Assembly: GCF_044704955.1 (NCBI RefSeq)
Contig: NC_091984.1
Coordinates: 147,684,001 to 147,748,000 of the forward strand
Source of the DNA: Pristiophorus japonicus
Taxonomy: Eukaryota
Direction of reading: 5' to 3'
Length of the DNA: 64,000 bases
The translations under genes were made by a program, and so were the position numbers. The notes beneath the pieces are model-generated. The model worked only from the letters and a program-made list of their open reading frames with translations, did not search any database and was not told the origin of the DNA. Numbering within the stretch: position 1 is the first letter of the stretch; each line of letters starts with the position of its first letter. This document shows, piece after piece, positions 26,013-38,386 of this stretch.

Positions 26013-27917
26013 TGTAGGTGGTTCTCTCAGCCGTACCAAAAACGCACCTCCTTCTACAAGTTCTGGACGATAGGGATTATATGGACAGATGAGACTCAGA
26101 CACACGTTTTTCGTGTTCAACCGTATTGTGTTTAATAAGATTAACAACACCACTCATAAACAGTGCAAAACAGTACAACCCTGGCTTGTCCAATAAGCCC
26201 TGCCGTGCTAAGTTACCACGGCTTAATAAAAGGACCCTCCCATGAAATAAACTAACACAGGACCACCCCCCGCCCAGCACTAAACCCCTTGGGTTTGGTT
26301 GGGACTTACAATCAACCCCTCACACAGCTAAATGGTCTTGTGGATGTGTAGGCGCAGGCAATATGCTCACCCGGATTGCCCGTTGTCTTGCTTGCAGCTT
26401 CTTCCTGAACGTCTCGCTCCTGGGTTTATTCCTGGGCTTTTCTGGAGCTTTTACCGGAGCTTTTTCCTGGGCTTTTTCCTGAGCTTCTTCCACCTGAGCT
26501 GGAGTTTGTTGCAAAGTGGCTCCTTATATCCCCAAAACCCATCACTTTTCCTCCCGCCAATATTGACCGATGAATTGACTCCAGTGATCTGTCTGGACCC
26601 CTCCTCCTCCCCCTCTCCCCGTGGCCTGGAGTGGTTCGTAGCCTTTGAAATCTTTGTGAAAAATGATGTTTTATTTTCCCGCTCCCAGGCCTTGCATCTG
26701 GAGAGACAATGGGTGCTGATTACTGGATGTCTGTCATTTCCTGAGTTGATGGCCCCCATTTGCAGGTAATGGGTTTCGATCACAAACCAATCTTGCTGAA
26801 CCGGCTTATCTCCTGGAAGACAATGGCCTGGCCATTTCCTGCCTTGCACCAGTTTGGGTTGGGACTGAGTCGTGACTGTGCTTTAATAATGCGAGGGCAC
26901 AGTGTCTCTGAGTTACCTCTCGGGGTATTGTTCCCAGTAATCACTTTAGATGGTGATGACATCAATGGGCCTGGGTTCCCTATTACCCAGCCTGTCAGTG
27001 TGAAATGTCCGGTTGTATATGAATGCAGCTTAGTGCCACCCCACAACCTCGCCAACAGTACAGTTCTTTCTTGGGGATTTGGATTTATGGAATTAAAATA
27101 TTGTTGATAGAAATGGCCAGAAAGCTGGTGCTACAATCCCCCTGATCATATTTTGTCACCAAAACCAGAAATATCTCGAATTGCGTTGTCTTCTGCTGCG
27201 GGAGGTGCATTGTGGGTCCATAACTGATCAATTACACCCGGGCTCCCGTTTCTTCTGATTTCCTGATTAAGACAAACAGATACAGCAGCACCGTTCTCTG
27301 AGCGCTTTTTCCCTCCACAGGTCGGGCTTTCGTTATTTACATATATATGCAGTTCGTTCCGCATTATCGAGTGCCCCCAGTTAAAATCTCTCCTGTTGGG
27401 GCCTCTTGCGGCTTGCGGCCGGTGAATAAGGAGGCGTCCATGGCGCCCTAGGCCGTGGTATCCGACTGTTTCTCCTTACTACCCCGCCATCTGGGTCATC
27501 ATCATCATCCTACACCATGGGAGGAAGACCAGCGTCCACCAGGCTCATTATTGTGCCCTGGTTTCTCTTTGCCTTTGTCTTCCCCACCTCGGGGTTAAAC
27601 AACTTGCACTGGTTGATATGGTAGCATTTTGTATGTTTCGGGAGTCTGACTGCATATACCATGGGGCTGGCCTTATCTACGATGTTATAAGGCCCCATGT
27701 ACAGTGGCTCGAATGCCCCCACTCGGGCACAGTTCCTGAACATTACCTGGTCTCCCACCTTCCACTCGTGGCTTCTCCGGGGATCAAGTAGCAACCGATG
27801 TTTCCCGGTGCTGGTTCCCCACGTTACTGGCTGCCTGCCAGTGAATCTGTTTTAAAACATCAAACAGATTCTGGACCAACCAGTCCCGGTTTACCTCGCG
27901 GTCATGAGCTCATGTGC
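26013..27917 (-). mobile_element. 3' remnant of retrovirus-like provirus 1: integrase C-terminus (27500-27917), unknown 3' cargo (about 26320-27400), PPT and 3' LTR (26013-26310)
   Basis: ORF 27510..27794 (GDQVM...EPLYMGPY) is similar to provirus 2 IN; LTR TGTAAG...CCTACA preceded by a purine tract; LTR and cargo duplicated at 44942-46043. Confidence 0.85.
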
Positions 27918-28735
27918 TGCAAGGTGTTAAATTTTCCACTCTACTCTGATTCATAGACCTCGGGAATTACAGGAAGGACTCCACGTAATGCAAAGTTTAG
28001 GCTTAAACCCAACTGTTATTTTGTTACACAAAAAACAACAAAACATTACAGAACAAGACTTCTTAGAGATTGACCGAAGACATACAATCGCCCATCCAGC
28101 CAGTTGCTGCTGTTGTCCATTGTCGGCTCGTGGAGCGAGGGAAGGTGTTGTGGCCCTGCTGCTGCTTCGTGGCTGTAGTTCATTGACCTGCTGGTCTGAG
28201 ATGTTTCTTCGACCTGTTCTTCCTCTCTCTGAACCTTTGTTCTCAGCTCTTACAGATATATCCATTCGATTATACACATCTCCTGCTGGGCTGCCTTTCA
28301 GTTAATGCAGCTGGATGAGTCTCGATGGCTGTGGTGATGGGTCTGGATCTGTTCGGACGGCCACAATTCACACATGTAATCGACGGGGCAAAAGATAACT
28401 CCTTATCTTTTGTGCCCCGTTATCCAAGAATGCACGCCTTGTGGGATTCTTTGTTGTCCTGGGTTTTCGCAGACTTGGTGTCTCCAGAGGAAACTGGTTT
28501 TCCCCTCCGGCCAATGAATCAATGGGCTCCTCTGCTTGATTGTATCAAACCCTTTGTCTCGACATTAATCGGGTCTCACTCCTGACCCCAGAAATCACAT
28601 TAATCAGTGATCAGTCATCACCTGCCCCAGGCTGGTGCTCTTTCTCCTTCCCTGCAGTCCCAAAGGTTTTCTTTTAAGCAATTTTAGTCCATGGCCTCTT
28701 GCTGTGCCTCGATCATGAAACATATAACCCTTACA
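27918..28735 (-). repeat. 3' LTR of provirus 2
   Basis: On the minus strand starts TGTAAG after the PPT and ends ...TTGCA; shares blocks with the 5' LTR (cactctactctgattc, cagacttggtgtctcc, taagcaatttt). Confidence 0.85.
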
Positions 28736-28749
28736 CTTCCCCCTTTAAT

Positions 28750-30086
28750 ATCTCTTGTTATAAACTCAGAGACATTACTACAGGTGGCTTCTTCTTCTTT
28801 CCATTGAGCTCTTTTGGGTGTATTGCAGTCTTCAGTCAAATCTCCATTGACATACTTTTTACAACAAAACAATGTTTGGCCTTAATCCATCTGACTTCAG
28901 TTTATACTTTTACAAACACTTTCGCCTTGGTTGATTTTAATAACCCTTCAAGATTCCCTTCCCTCATCTTTTGCTTTAATTAACAGGACAAGACGAATAG
29001 ATACAACACTATTACCAACTGTATAATTACTAACAAGTATAATACAATTCGAAACCAGGATGGGATCTCAATATTGAGTCCCACATCCCACTGTGGAGGG
29101 GCAATCATTTCCTCAATTTCCTCCCTTACTTTTTCGTTCTTTTGGTGTGACGTGTAATAATGTTTGTGGGACAACTCAATGTTCTTTAACAGTTCAGTCA
29201 AATGTTCGAGGAACAGTGGGATATAGTATCCAACACGCGATATGTATCCCTCGAGGTTCGTAACGTATCATTGACTGTAATATGGATATGTTTGTGGTCT
29301 GAGATAGGAATTATTCTTTCTTGTGCTACCTGTGCCTCTACCTGGGGTTTGAAACAAAAGGAAGAATCTGTCAGCATTTTAGGGAGAGGTTTTAATCTGC
29401 TTGCGATCAGTTCGGTCGCATTTACTGCCTTTGGTCAAGGTCACACAGGAATCAAAACCCTGCGTCCAATTCATTCCTGACCCAAAATCCTGTCATTGTC
29501 ATTTAAAAACAACCCCCACACCTCCCCTGCATTTCTGGCTAGATCCAACCACACAGACATAAATCCCTTGTTCCTCCTTCCACCACTTTTCCCAACACAA
29601 TTTCACCCCTTCTCTTGTTCCTCTGCTCCGCCTGTTTGAGTTATTACCCAGTTTCTCCCATTCTGTGGATGCATTAACTTTTCCCCTGTCTTTTTCTGTA
29701 ACCACCACCACCCTCCCATGGGGGCAATCCCTTTACATTCCAGACAAACTCGTCTCCCCTCTCTCACCCGTACATTCCTGGTCATGTTGTTTAGCCTGGG
29801 GCAGGACACTGACACCTCCCCAAGTTTACCCTCGGTTTGTCTGGAGTACTTGGTCGAATTTGACCCTAACCACCCTGGCCAGCTCCCAGTGTGAGCATAG
29901 GTGTTTTTGCCCTTGTTGCTCCGTATGGCTCCCCCTTGAGTTACAGTGGGGCCGGTTCCTCCCATACACCCGTGTGTAAGGAATGTCTCGGTGTCTCCCC
30001 GATCTCCCAATCCTTTAATAATAATGGCCATCCACAGGCCTATCCACAACGTCCACCTCCTCTCGTACCCTTGGCTCGATTCGCTC
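28750..30086 (-). pseudogene. env: env-position ORF: signal peptide, Ig-like domain (about 29500-29776), short stalk, heptad region, TM (28983-29057) and cytoplasmic tail; frameshifted
   Basis: WTLWIGLWMAIIIKG; NVRVREGRRVCLEC...WWWLQKKTG...KLCWEKWWKEEQGIYVC; LTELLKNIELSHK...VREEIEEM; WFRIVLYLLVIIQLVIVLYLFVL; located between IN and the PPT. Confidence 0.75.
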
Positions 30087-30274
30087 CTATAAAGACAAAA
30101 ATGAAAGAAATACCTTTGCTCTGTGGGGCCTCCCCCTCACAGATCCTCCTTCAGTTTTTCACAAATGTACATAACTCCTTTTTACAATCACTGCTTCCTT
30201 CTCCTTTTATCCCGATGCTTGGGCTTACAGAGGCTCGGGGGTGGAGATGGAGGAGGTGTCCAGGGCACCCTAGG

Positions 30275-33200
30275 TCACAGTACCTGACCACTCCACCTTA
30301 CTGCTCCGTCCCTTACTTCTCCATCCTCATCATCCCACAGTATTGGTGGGAGGCTTACACTGATCAAACTCATTATTGTTCCTGGGGCCTTGGCCCGCTT
30401 TTTATTTTTCTCTCCGGGGTTGTACAGCTTACACTGGTTTATATGGAACCATTTTATATGTTTTGGCAGCTGGATTGCGTACACCATAGGGCTTGCCTTG
30501 TCTACAATGCTATATGGTCCTTTGTACAATGGTTCAAATGCCCCTATTCGGGCATAATTCCTGACCATTACCTGATCCCCTGCCCTCCATTCCTGTGTAA
30601 CCCAGAGTTCCAGCAGCAGTTTATTCTGCTGGTGCTGCCTGCCCATATTGTTAGCTGCTTCCCAATGCAGCCCCTTCAGAGTACCATACAGATCTCTGAC
30701 AAACCTGTCCCGTGTGATCTCTTTAACCTGCGTTTCAGTCAGGACTGGTGCTAGGATATAGGTCGGGGTCCTCATTAGTCTCCCTGTCATCATGGCATGT
30801 GGGGAGTGTCCCGTACTCTTAGAGAGACTGGCTCGGTGGTTCATCAGTATTCGGGGTAGGGTCTCATCCCATTTCTTCGGGGTATCTCCTATCTCCTTCC
30901 TAAGCCTCTCTTTTAATGTCCGATTTGTCCTCTACTGGATCTAACGATTAGGGGTTATACGCCACATGAAATTTCCCCTGTATCCCTAACAGCTTTAGGG
31001 TGGCCTGCATTACTGCTCCGGTGAAATGACTCCCTTGATCTGATTCCACTATCAGGGGCAGTCCCCATTGAGAAAATACTTCTCGCACCAGAATCTTTGC
31101 TGTGACTATCGCGGTGGCCCCGACATGGAAAAGCTTCAACCCATTTTGTAAAGAGATGTATTAACACCAAGCAATATTTATTGCCTCTGCCTGAGGTGGG
31201 CAGTGGCCCAATGAAATCTATCTGTATAGACTGCCATGGCCCCTCTACCCTCCTCGTGTGTCCCAACGGAGCCTTCCTCGGTGGGGGTCTGGATTGTTTG
31301 TGGCACATACCAGACAATTCTGGCAATAATCCCTGACATCACTTCTAAGCCCGTACACCATCCCACGGCTTCTACTTTATTCCACATTGTTTCTGGCCCT
31401 GGATGTCCAGCTCCTGGACCCACATGCACCAGCTGCAAGAATTCTTCCCTGCACTGCCCTGGCACGATCCAACTATGTCCCTTGAACAACATTCCTTGCT
31501 TTACTGCTATGTCTGCAGCTCCCAAAGATCCCACTGCAGACTTCCCGTCTATTTTGTCCCTAATCGCTGCTCTAAGGTCAGCATCCCGTAGCTGAGCCTG
31601 TTTTAAATCAGGCGACAATGCGACTTCTTTGGGCCTCTCTCTGCCTGTTACAGCCGTGATCTGTCCACAGTGACATGGGTCCCAAGGTGTCACTTCTCCT
31701 GCCCCTGTTTTAGCCAGTGTGTCTGCTTTCTCATTCCCTTCCCACTTGGGCTCTGTCTTAGCGTGTGCTTTGACCTTTTGGATGTAGTCACCCTTCTGGT
31801 CCGTACCCTTGACGTGCAAAATGACTTTTAACAATGGAACCATCACCAACCATTTTCCATCTGAGGACTTAAACCCTCGCCTCGCCAATATGGCTAAATA
31901 CTCTGTACAGGAGTTAGAAATGAACATGGAGTCTGAACATATCGTATAGGGAGTTGGGAATTCGTTCGGGTGTGTGACTACATACGCTACTGCTGCTAGC
32001 TCGGTCTGCTGCGTACTTAAAGTGTTGGGGATTTTATGGCTTTCTTCATCACTGCCTCTGGATCGTAAATCCCACAGCCTGTCTTTCTCTCTCTGTTTAT
32101 TACTGAACTAGACCCATCTACATAGACGTCCCTGCCTGTCAGGTGTTCTCCTGCTCAGAATCCCACATCTACATCCCACACTCCTTCCACTGAACACACA
32201 TGAGCTGCCCCCGGATAAACCAGGCTCGGGGCGAGCTTTGGTTCTCCTGGCCTCTCGACCTTCAGGTCTAACTGAGTAAGCAACAATGTCCAGCGGGCAA
32301 TCCTGTTACTGCTCACTGTCCCATCTTTCATTCTATCATCCAGTAACACTTGTGTCATGGTGTGACAGGTCAGTAAAGTTACTGTAGCTAACCCTGTGAG
32401 CGATCGAAAATGCTTCACTGCCCAAAATGTTGCTAACAGATGTCGTTCGCAATTCGAAAAGCTCTTTTCTATTTCGGTGAGAACTCGGGAGGCGTAGGCC
32501 ACCGGTCTCAGCTTGCTGTGTCGCTCCTGGAGTAACACTGCACTCAAACTGTCCCCAGTCATTGCTACCTCCAGACTAAAGTCCTGGTCCCCATTTACTG
32601 CTCCCGATGCTGATGCTGTCTGTAACACCTCTTTTAACCAAATGAAAGTTTCCTGACAAGTCTCACTCCATTCCCACTCTACTCCTTTCCTAAGAAGCCT
32701 CAACAAAGGAGCTGCCATGGTTATATATCCCTCTATGAATTCCCTGCAGTAACCCGTTATTCCCAGGAAAGACCTTACTCCAGACACGTCCTTAGGAACA
32801 GGCAGTTCCTGGACTGTCTTTCTCTTAGCTCTATCGATGGCCCTTTCTCCTGCCCTAATGGTCAAACCTAGAAACTGCACCTCCTCTTTGCCTATTTGAG
32901 CTTTCTTGGGACTGACTTTAAAACCTGCTTCTTTCAACAAATGCAGTAACTAACTCAATAATGGCCTGTGGTCCTCCGCACTTTCGGAGAATAACAACAG
33001 GTCATCCACGTATTGGACCAACCGGTCTGGCTGACTAAAACCGTTTAATGCCTCGGCCATACTTTGGTGAAAGATCGAGGGACTGTTGTGAAACCCTTGT
33101 GGAAGACATGTCCACGTATACTGCTGACCTTTAAAGGTAAAGGTAGATTTATACTGGTCCTCCCGTCTCAGGGGAATGGACCAAAACCCGTTTGAAATGT

Positions 33201-34078
33201 CCAGCACTGTGAAAGTTGTTGTGGCCGCAGGGATACTCCCGATCAAATCCGCTACCACTGCTACCGTGGGCGCACAGGCTGGAATATTTTTATTCAGGAT
33301 TTGGTCATCTACCGTGGCCCTCCATGAGTTATCGGGCTTCTTTACTGGCCATAGGGGTGAGTTTACATGTGTGGCTATGGTCCTCAACACACCTTGATCC
33401 ACCAGGGAATTTATAGCAGTTTCCAAATCCCTTTCTGCTTCCCGGGGAAAATTATACTGTTTCTAGGGTCGTGTCATCGAATCCCCATCTATCTTCACCT
33501 CTACCCCAGATACTCTCCCGCAATCGTGCTTGTGCATTGCAAACGCATCCATATTCTCCCGTACATACCTTGATACCGGGCCGGAGTGTTATCGACGAAT
33601 CGTTCTCAGTCATAACTCCCTTTCGGCTTCATCGTGCAGGTGCTGCCTTTGTCTGTACTGTCCCTGGGAATCACTACGATCTCTCCCATCTTATCTGCAT
33701 CAACTGCCCCCCATAGACAATTGTTTTCCATATCCACTATGGTGTGGTGTGTCAACATGCAGTCGGCCCCGAGAACTCCCGAACCGGGCTGTTCCCACTT
33801 CATTAAAATGCCCTCCCATTTCATTATGTTCGGTCCTAACTCTACGGTTAAGGGTTTCCACACTGCCCCAGCCTGCTCATTACCCGTAAAACCCACCAGT
33901 GTAAATGGACTCTGCTCGACCACGGGGAAGTGGTCAGATTCGGTGAGTGGACAACCGTGCTAGAGGCTCCTGTATCTACTAGATCCCTTCCCCTAACTGT
34001 TTCCACCTTCACATCCACACATGGCCTGCCCCACCCATCATATATGAACAGACACAGGTATTCTGGCTGGGCACACCG
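30275..34078 (-). pseudogene. pol: pol of provirus 2: protease, RT, degenerate RNase H (tether), second RNase H, integrase
   Basis: LVDTGAS; LDISNGF, LPQGFHNSP, QYVDDLL; RPVAYASRVL...CERHLLA; VYVDGSS...QQTELAAV...SDSMF...KAH...GNEKAD; IDFIGPLP, SDQGSHF, GPY. Confidence 0.93.
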
Positions 34079-37000
34079 TCACAGTGGGGGTGCCGACACA
34101 TTGGGTCCCTTTTCTCCCACTGCTGCGTCCAGCTTTCCTCCACCCGTGCCCATAACCTGCTGTAATGCGGCCACTAAAACCTGCACTGGGTCGTCGGCTA
34201 CCTTCTTCTGGCCTTTTCCTGCCTCAGCACCTCGTACCCTGGCTTCCCTCCTTTAGAGAGCCTACAATCCTTGCTCCAGTGTCCCAACTTCCCACAGTTA
34301 AAACATTCACCTTTAGATCGACCCGCATTACCTCCCTCTTGTCTCCATTCTTTCTATGGCCTAACCTCTCCTTTTACTTCGTGCACCTTCCCGTTTAGTT
34401 TCTCCTCCTCCCCTTGCCTAGACTTAAAGCTAGAGTTAATCTTCTCAGCACCCCTGCCTCTGTATTCTGGAGATGGTCTGGGTCAAACCATGCTTTGACC
34501 TTTGCTCTGAGCCGTGGCAAACTGTTACCATTACGGTTCTCAGCCAATGGTCCCTGGGTTCCCCTATTAAATCTGCCCGTACCAGATTTCCTACAGCAGC
34601 CCTAAAATAAATCGCCCACAGTCTGTCTGCAAACGTATCGGGTGATTCGTTTACTTGCTGCCTAGTCTGTTCTACCTGCCAGAACGGACTACCCTGACTG
34701 TACCCGAGCACTGCCATCATTTGCTCCTTTAAGCCCTGTGGGGTTCCTGCACCTAACTTGGTGGCTGTCGACAAGCTCTGATAAAGCTTCCCCTCCAGCG
34801 AGAGCAGTGTTAGCTGCACTTTCTCCTCCTCGCTGCAGTTATTGATACCCGCTATCTGCTCTATATTAGTAAAATGAACAGAGGCATCTCCTCCTTGCTT
34901 TAACTGTACTACACCCGTCAGCATCTCCTGCAGCTGAAGCGGTGTGTATGGGATCACTAGTCGCTCTGTAATGGTGCCGGACCACCATTTGGGGGGGTGG
35001 GCTGAATTTCTGCTGTCTCAAAGGACACATCGGTTTCAGGGGTCCCGGTGCCTCGGGAGCCGGCTGATTTTTTTTTTTTTATTTCAAAATATACTTTATT
35101 CATAAAAAGAATCTGTACAGTACATTCAATGGTATTTCATTACATTTCGCTGCGGTCAGCAATCCCTTACAATACATCTGGGTGCCGACGGCAGTTTCGT
35201 TCGTTACATTTCTCGTTTTTCTGTTCAACTGCGATTCAGTACAATAAACAGGGTACATTGTGGTACATTTACTCAAATTACATTTCATGTGTTACAATAC
35301 AGAGCCCGGAATGGGTGATGGTACATTTACATTTTTTCTTTTCAAACTTGCATTTCATAACACACCTTACATTGTACATGGCACGACATTGGTGTTTACA
35401 GGTTTGGTGCTCTATGTACACAAAGTGTAAATTACAAATACAAATACAAATACAGCCCGAGGGAGTTTGGTGCTGATTTCTGCCCCCGGGTTTTCCGTGG
35501 CGGAAGGGTTTTAGACTGTGGCCCTATCCCACCGTGCCTTTGCGGCGACTGCACCAATTTTCAGTGCGTCCCTCAGCACGTATTCCTGGATCTTGGATTG
35601 CGCCAGTCTGCAACATGCGGACGTGGTCATCTCCTTGTTCTGGAAGACCAGCAAGTTTCGGCAAGACCAAAGAGCGTCTTTGACCGAGTTGATGGCCCTC
35701 CAGCAGCAGGTGATGTCTGTCTCGGTGTGTGTCCCTGGGAACAGCCCGTAGAGCACAGAGTCCTGTGTTACGGAGCTGCTTGGGATGAACCTCGACAGCA
35801 ACCACTGCATCTCTTTCCAGACCTGCGTCGCAAAGGCACAATCCTGAAGGAGATGGGTGACAGTCTCGTCCGCCCCGCAGCCGGCCCGGGGGCACCGTGC
35901 CGTGCTGCTGAGGCGTCGGCTGTGCATGAACACTCTGACGGGTAGGGCCCCCCTCACCGCCAACCAAGCTACGTCTTGGTGCTTGTGTGTGAGCTTTGGC
36001 GATGAGACGTTCTGCCAAACAAGTTCGACAGTCCGCTCAGGGAACCACCCGACAGGGTCCACCGTCTCCTTCTTTCGGAGGGCGTCCAGGACCTTACGTG
36101 CTGACCACTGTTTGATGGCCTTGTGGTCAAAGGGGTTTCTTTTGAAGAACTTTTCCACGAAGGACAGGTGGACAGCATGGTCCAACTGGTGGGGGCGTTT
36201 CGCGGCAGCGTGGCCAGACCCATCCTTCTCAACAATGGGGACAGGTAGAACCTCAGCACGTAGTGACACTTGGTGTTTGCGTACTGGGGGGCTGTGCATA
36301 GCTTGATGCAGCCGCACACAAAGGTGGCCATCAGGATGAGGGCCACGTTCGGAACGTCCTTTCCTCCACTGTCCAGAGATTTGTACATCGTGTCTCTGCG
36401 GACACGGTCCATTTTGGATCTCCAGACAAAGTGGAAGACGGCCCGGGTGACTGCCGCAGCGCTGCAGCGTGAGATGGGCCAGACCTGCGCCACGTACAAC
36501 AACACCGAGAGCACCTCGCTCCTGATGACCAGGTTCTTGCCTGTGATGGAAAGGGAGCGCTGCTCCCAAAATGACAGTTTCTGTCTGACCTTGGCAATGC
36601 GCTCGTCCCAGTTTTTGGCGCACGCCCCGTCCGCTCCGAACCATATTCCCAGCACCTTCAGGAAATCTGGCTTGACGGTGAAGGGAATGGAGGCTCGGTC
36701 GGTCCAGTGACCAAAGAGCATGGCCTCGCTTTTGGTGCGGTTGACCTTTGCTCCCGAGGCCAGTTCAAACTGGTCGCAGATTGCGAGCAATCTGCGGACC
36801 GACTGCGTGTCCGAGCAAAAGACGGCGACGTCGTCCATGTACAGCGAGGTTTTGACCTGGGCGCCTCCGCTGCCTGGGATCGTCACCCCTCTGATGCCCG
36901 CGTCCTTCCTGATGGACTCGGCAAAGGGAGCCGGCTGATGCTCGTGATACTCGGGCCCATCGTCTGACTCTTTCCCCTCTGGATCCCAATCTTCCTCGCC

Positions 37001-37606
37001 TGTTCCAGGTGCCCTGAGACAAACCATCCCTTTGGTCCCGTCTAACTCTGCCGTTAATTGGTGGATCTTTTCCTTACAAGGTCCGTGTTCTGCTCTCGCG
37101 TAACCCTGTTTCTGGGCTACCTGATAGGCTATCGACTCTCCTGAGCTGGTCCTCTGCCTCTTTGGCTCTTTCTAAATGCCTTTCACTTTGTTCAATGTGG
37201 GTCTGCTGCTGCTTTTTGCACTCGGTCACCTGGCATTGTAAATACTCAAAGTGATTCCGTGCCGTTTCTTCCTTCCTACCCCGGTCCTGCCTTTCCTTCT
37301 CCAAACTGCCTACCTCGCCCTTTAACCCTTTATTCTCCTTCTCCAGCTTTCCTATCCTTTCTCTGAACAGTTGTGTCTGCTTCTGCAGGCACATGAGCCA
37401 AACCTCCTTTTTTGACCCTTTGTGGTTACTACTGACTGTCCACTCTGCTGTTTTTCCTGCGGATCCCCAGAGTGCAGCATTTCCCGTGCCCATAGCCCTG
37501 AAATGTTCAATTTGTTGCCTATATATCCAGCTACCTTAGCCTCCATGGACTTCCTACGATGGCTGTTAGCTGCGGGCTCTACCACGTTTTGCTGCGGTGA
37601 ACCCAT
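34079..37606 (-). pseudogene. gag: gag of provirus 2 (coiled-coil N-region, capsid, one CCHC knuckle), interrupted by Tx1
   Basis: IPYTPLQLQEM, QQVNESPDTFADRL, CFNCGKLGHWSKDC at about 34264-34305; ends NVSAPPL-TGA. Confidence 0.88.
35069..36925 (-). mobile_element. 5'-truncated Tx1-clade LINE with poly(A) tail and 14-bp TSD
   Basis: SLYMDDVAVF, KVLGIWF, CPRAGCGADETVTHLLQDC knuckle; AATAAA plus poly(A); GGGAGCCGGCTGAT at 35055-35068 and 36926-36939. Confidence 0.95.
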
Positions 37607-37619
37607 TTCCAGTGCCTCT

Positions 37620-38300
37620 GGCTGAGAAATTCTCCCTGACTACCTTGGTGTCCCCTGAGACCACCTCGCAGTGTCCTGCGGTTCCTGTTACTCTGGCTTC
37701 TCTCTGTGGCTACCCTAGTCGACCCGAGACTACTCCGGCCTGTCAGAGACTTTCTCTCCTGGTCCCCTAGTCACCCTTGAGATCACCTTTGGCCTCCCTG
37801 AGATGACCCCGTGACAATATTGGCTTTTCTCTGTGACTATCCCAGTCAACTGAGATTACTCCAGACTATCCGAGACTGTTTCTCTCCTCAGGCTGCCCTG
37901 GCCGCCCGTGAGATTATCCCTGGCCTCCCTGAGACCCCTGTGCAGACTACCTGCGATTACTTCTCCCGGTTGCTGCCCTCGTCAGCCGGAGCTCTTCTGC
38001 TACTCCTGGTCCCCCTTGAGATTCCCTTGGTCTCCCTGAGACCCCTTCGCAGACTACCTGCGGCTTTCTCAGTGGCTACACTTGTCAACCCGGGATTATT
38101 CTAGCCTACCCAAGACTGTTCCTTCCTCTGCTGGCTGCCCTAGCTGCCCTTGAGAGTACAATGGTCTCCCTCAGACCACTGAGCAACTACCTGAGACTTC
38201 TTTTCTCAGTGGCTACCCTAATCGACGGAGACGACTCAAGCCTATCAGACCCTGTTACTCTCCTGGTCGCCCTAGCCGCCCTTGAGAAGATCCTTTTCGA
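37620..38300. repeat. Imperfect tandem repeats (about 130 bp) in the provirus 2 leader
   Basis: gtggctaccctagtcgacccgagactactcc-like units at about 37702, 37830, 38068 and 38205. Confidence 0.75.
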
Positions 38301-38386
38301 TCACCTTAGCTGACCTTAGACATAACCAAGCCTCCCTCGGGATTTTTGCTCTGGTATGTGTCCGTGATACTATTCCCAAAGCCGAG

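Larger units (their letters stand above)
5495..27137. repeat. Left arm of an inverted segmental duplication (partner 44942-52445)
   Basis: Same ordered series of CR1 ORF1, SINE, CR1 3' UTR, L2, unique exon, 33-bp array, LTR and cargo, with shared junctions, reverse-complemented in the right arm. Confidence 0.93.

Noticed and set aside
25571-26073. Cys-rich AVLRECCTVRG repeat protein (keratin-associated/metallothionein-like)
   Set aside because: Translation of a 33-bp SINE-derived array, open on both strands
26332-27107. Plus-strand hydrophobic ORFs antisense to the provirus 1 cargo
   Set aside because: The Phe/Leu-rich stretch mirrors the A-rich repeat, and the frame is broken differently in the right arm; not fully excluded without a consensus
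29891-30754. 287-aa plus-strand ORF antisense to IN/env
   Set aside because: No recognisable motif; probably a shadow ORF in a decayed element
35969-37027. Gag-RT fusion protein
   Set aside because: Chance in-frame junction of a Tx1 insertion (TSD present) in an already broken gag
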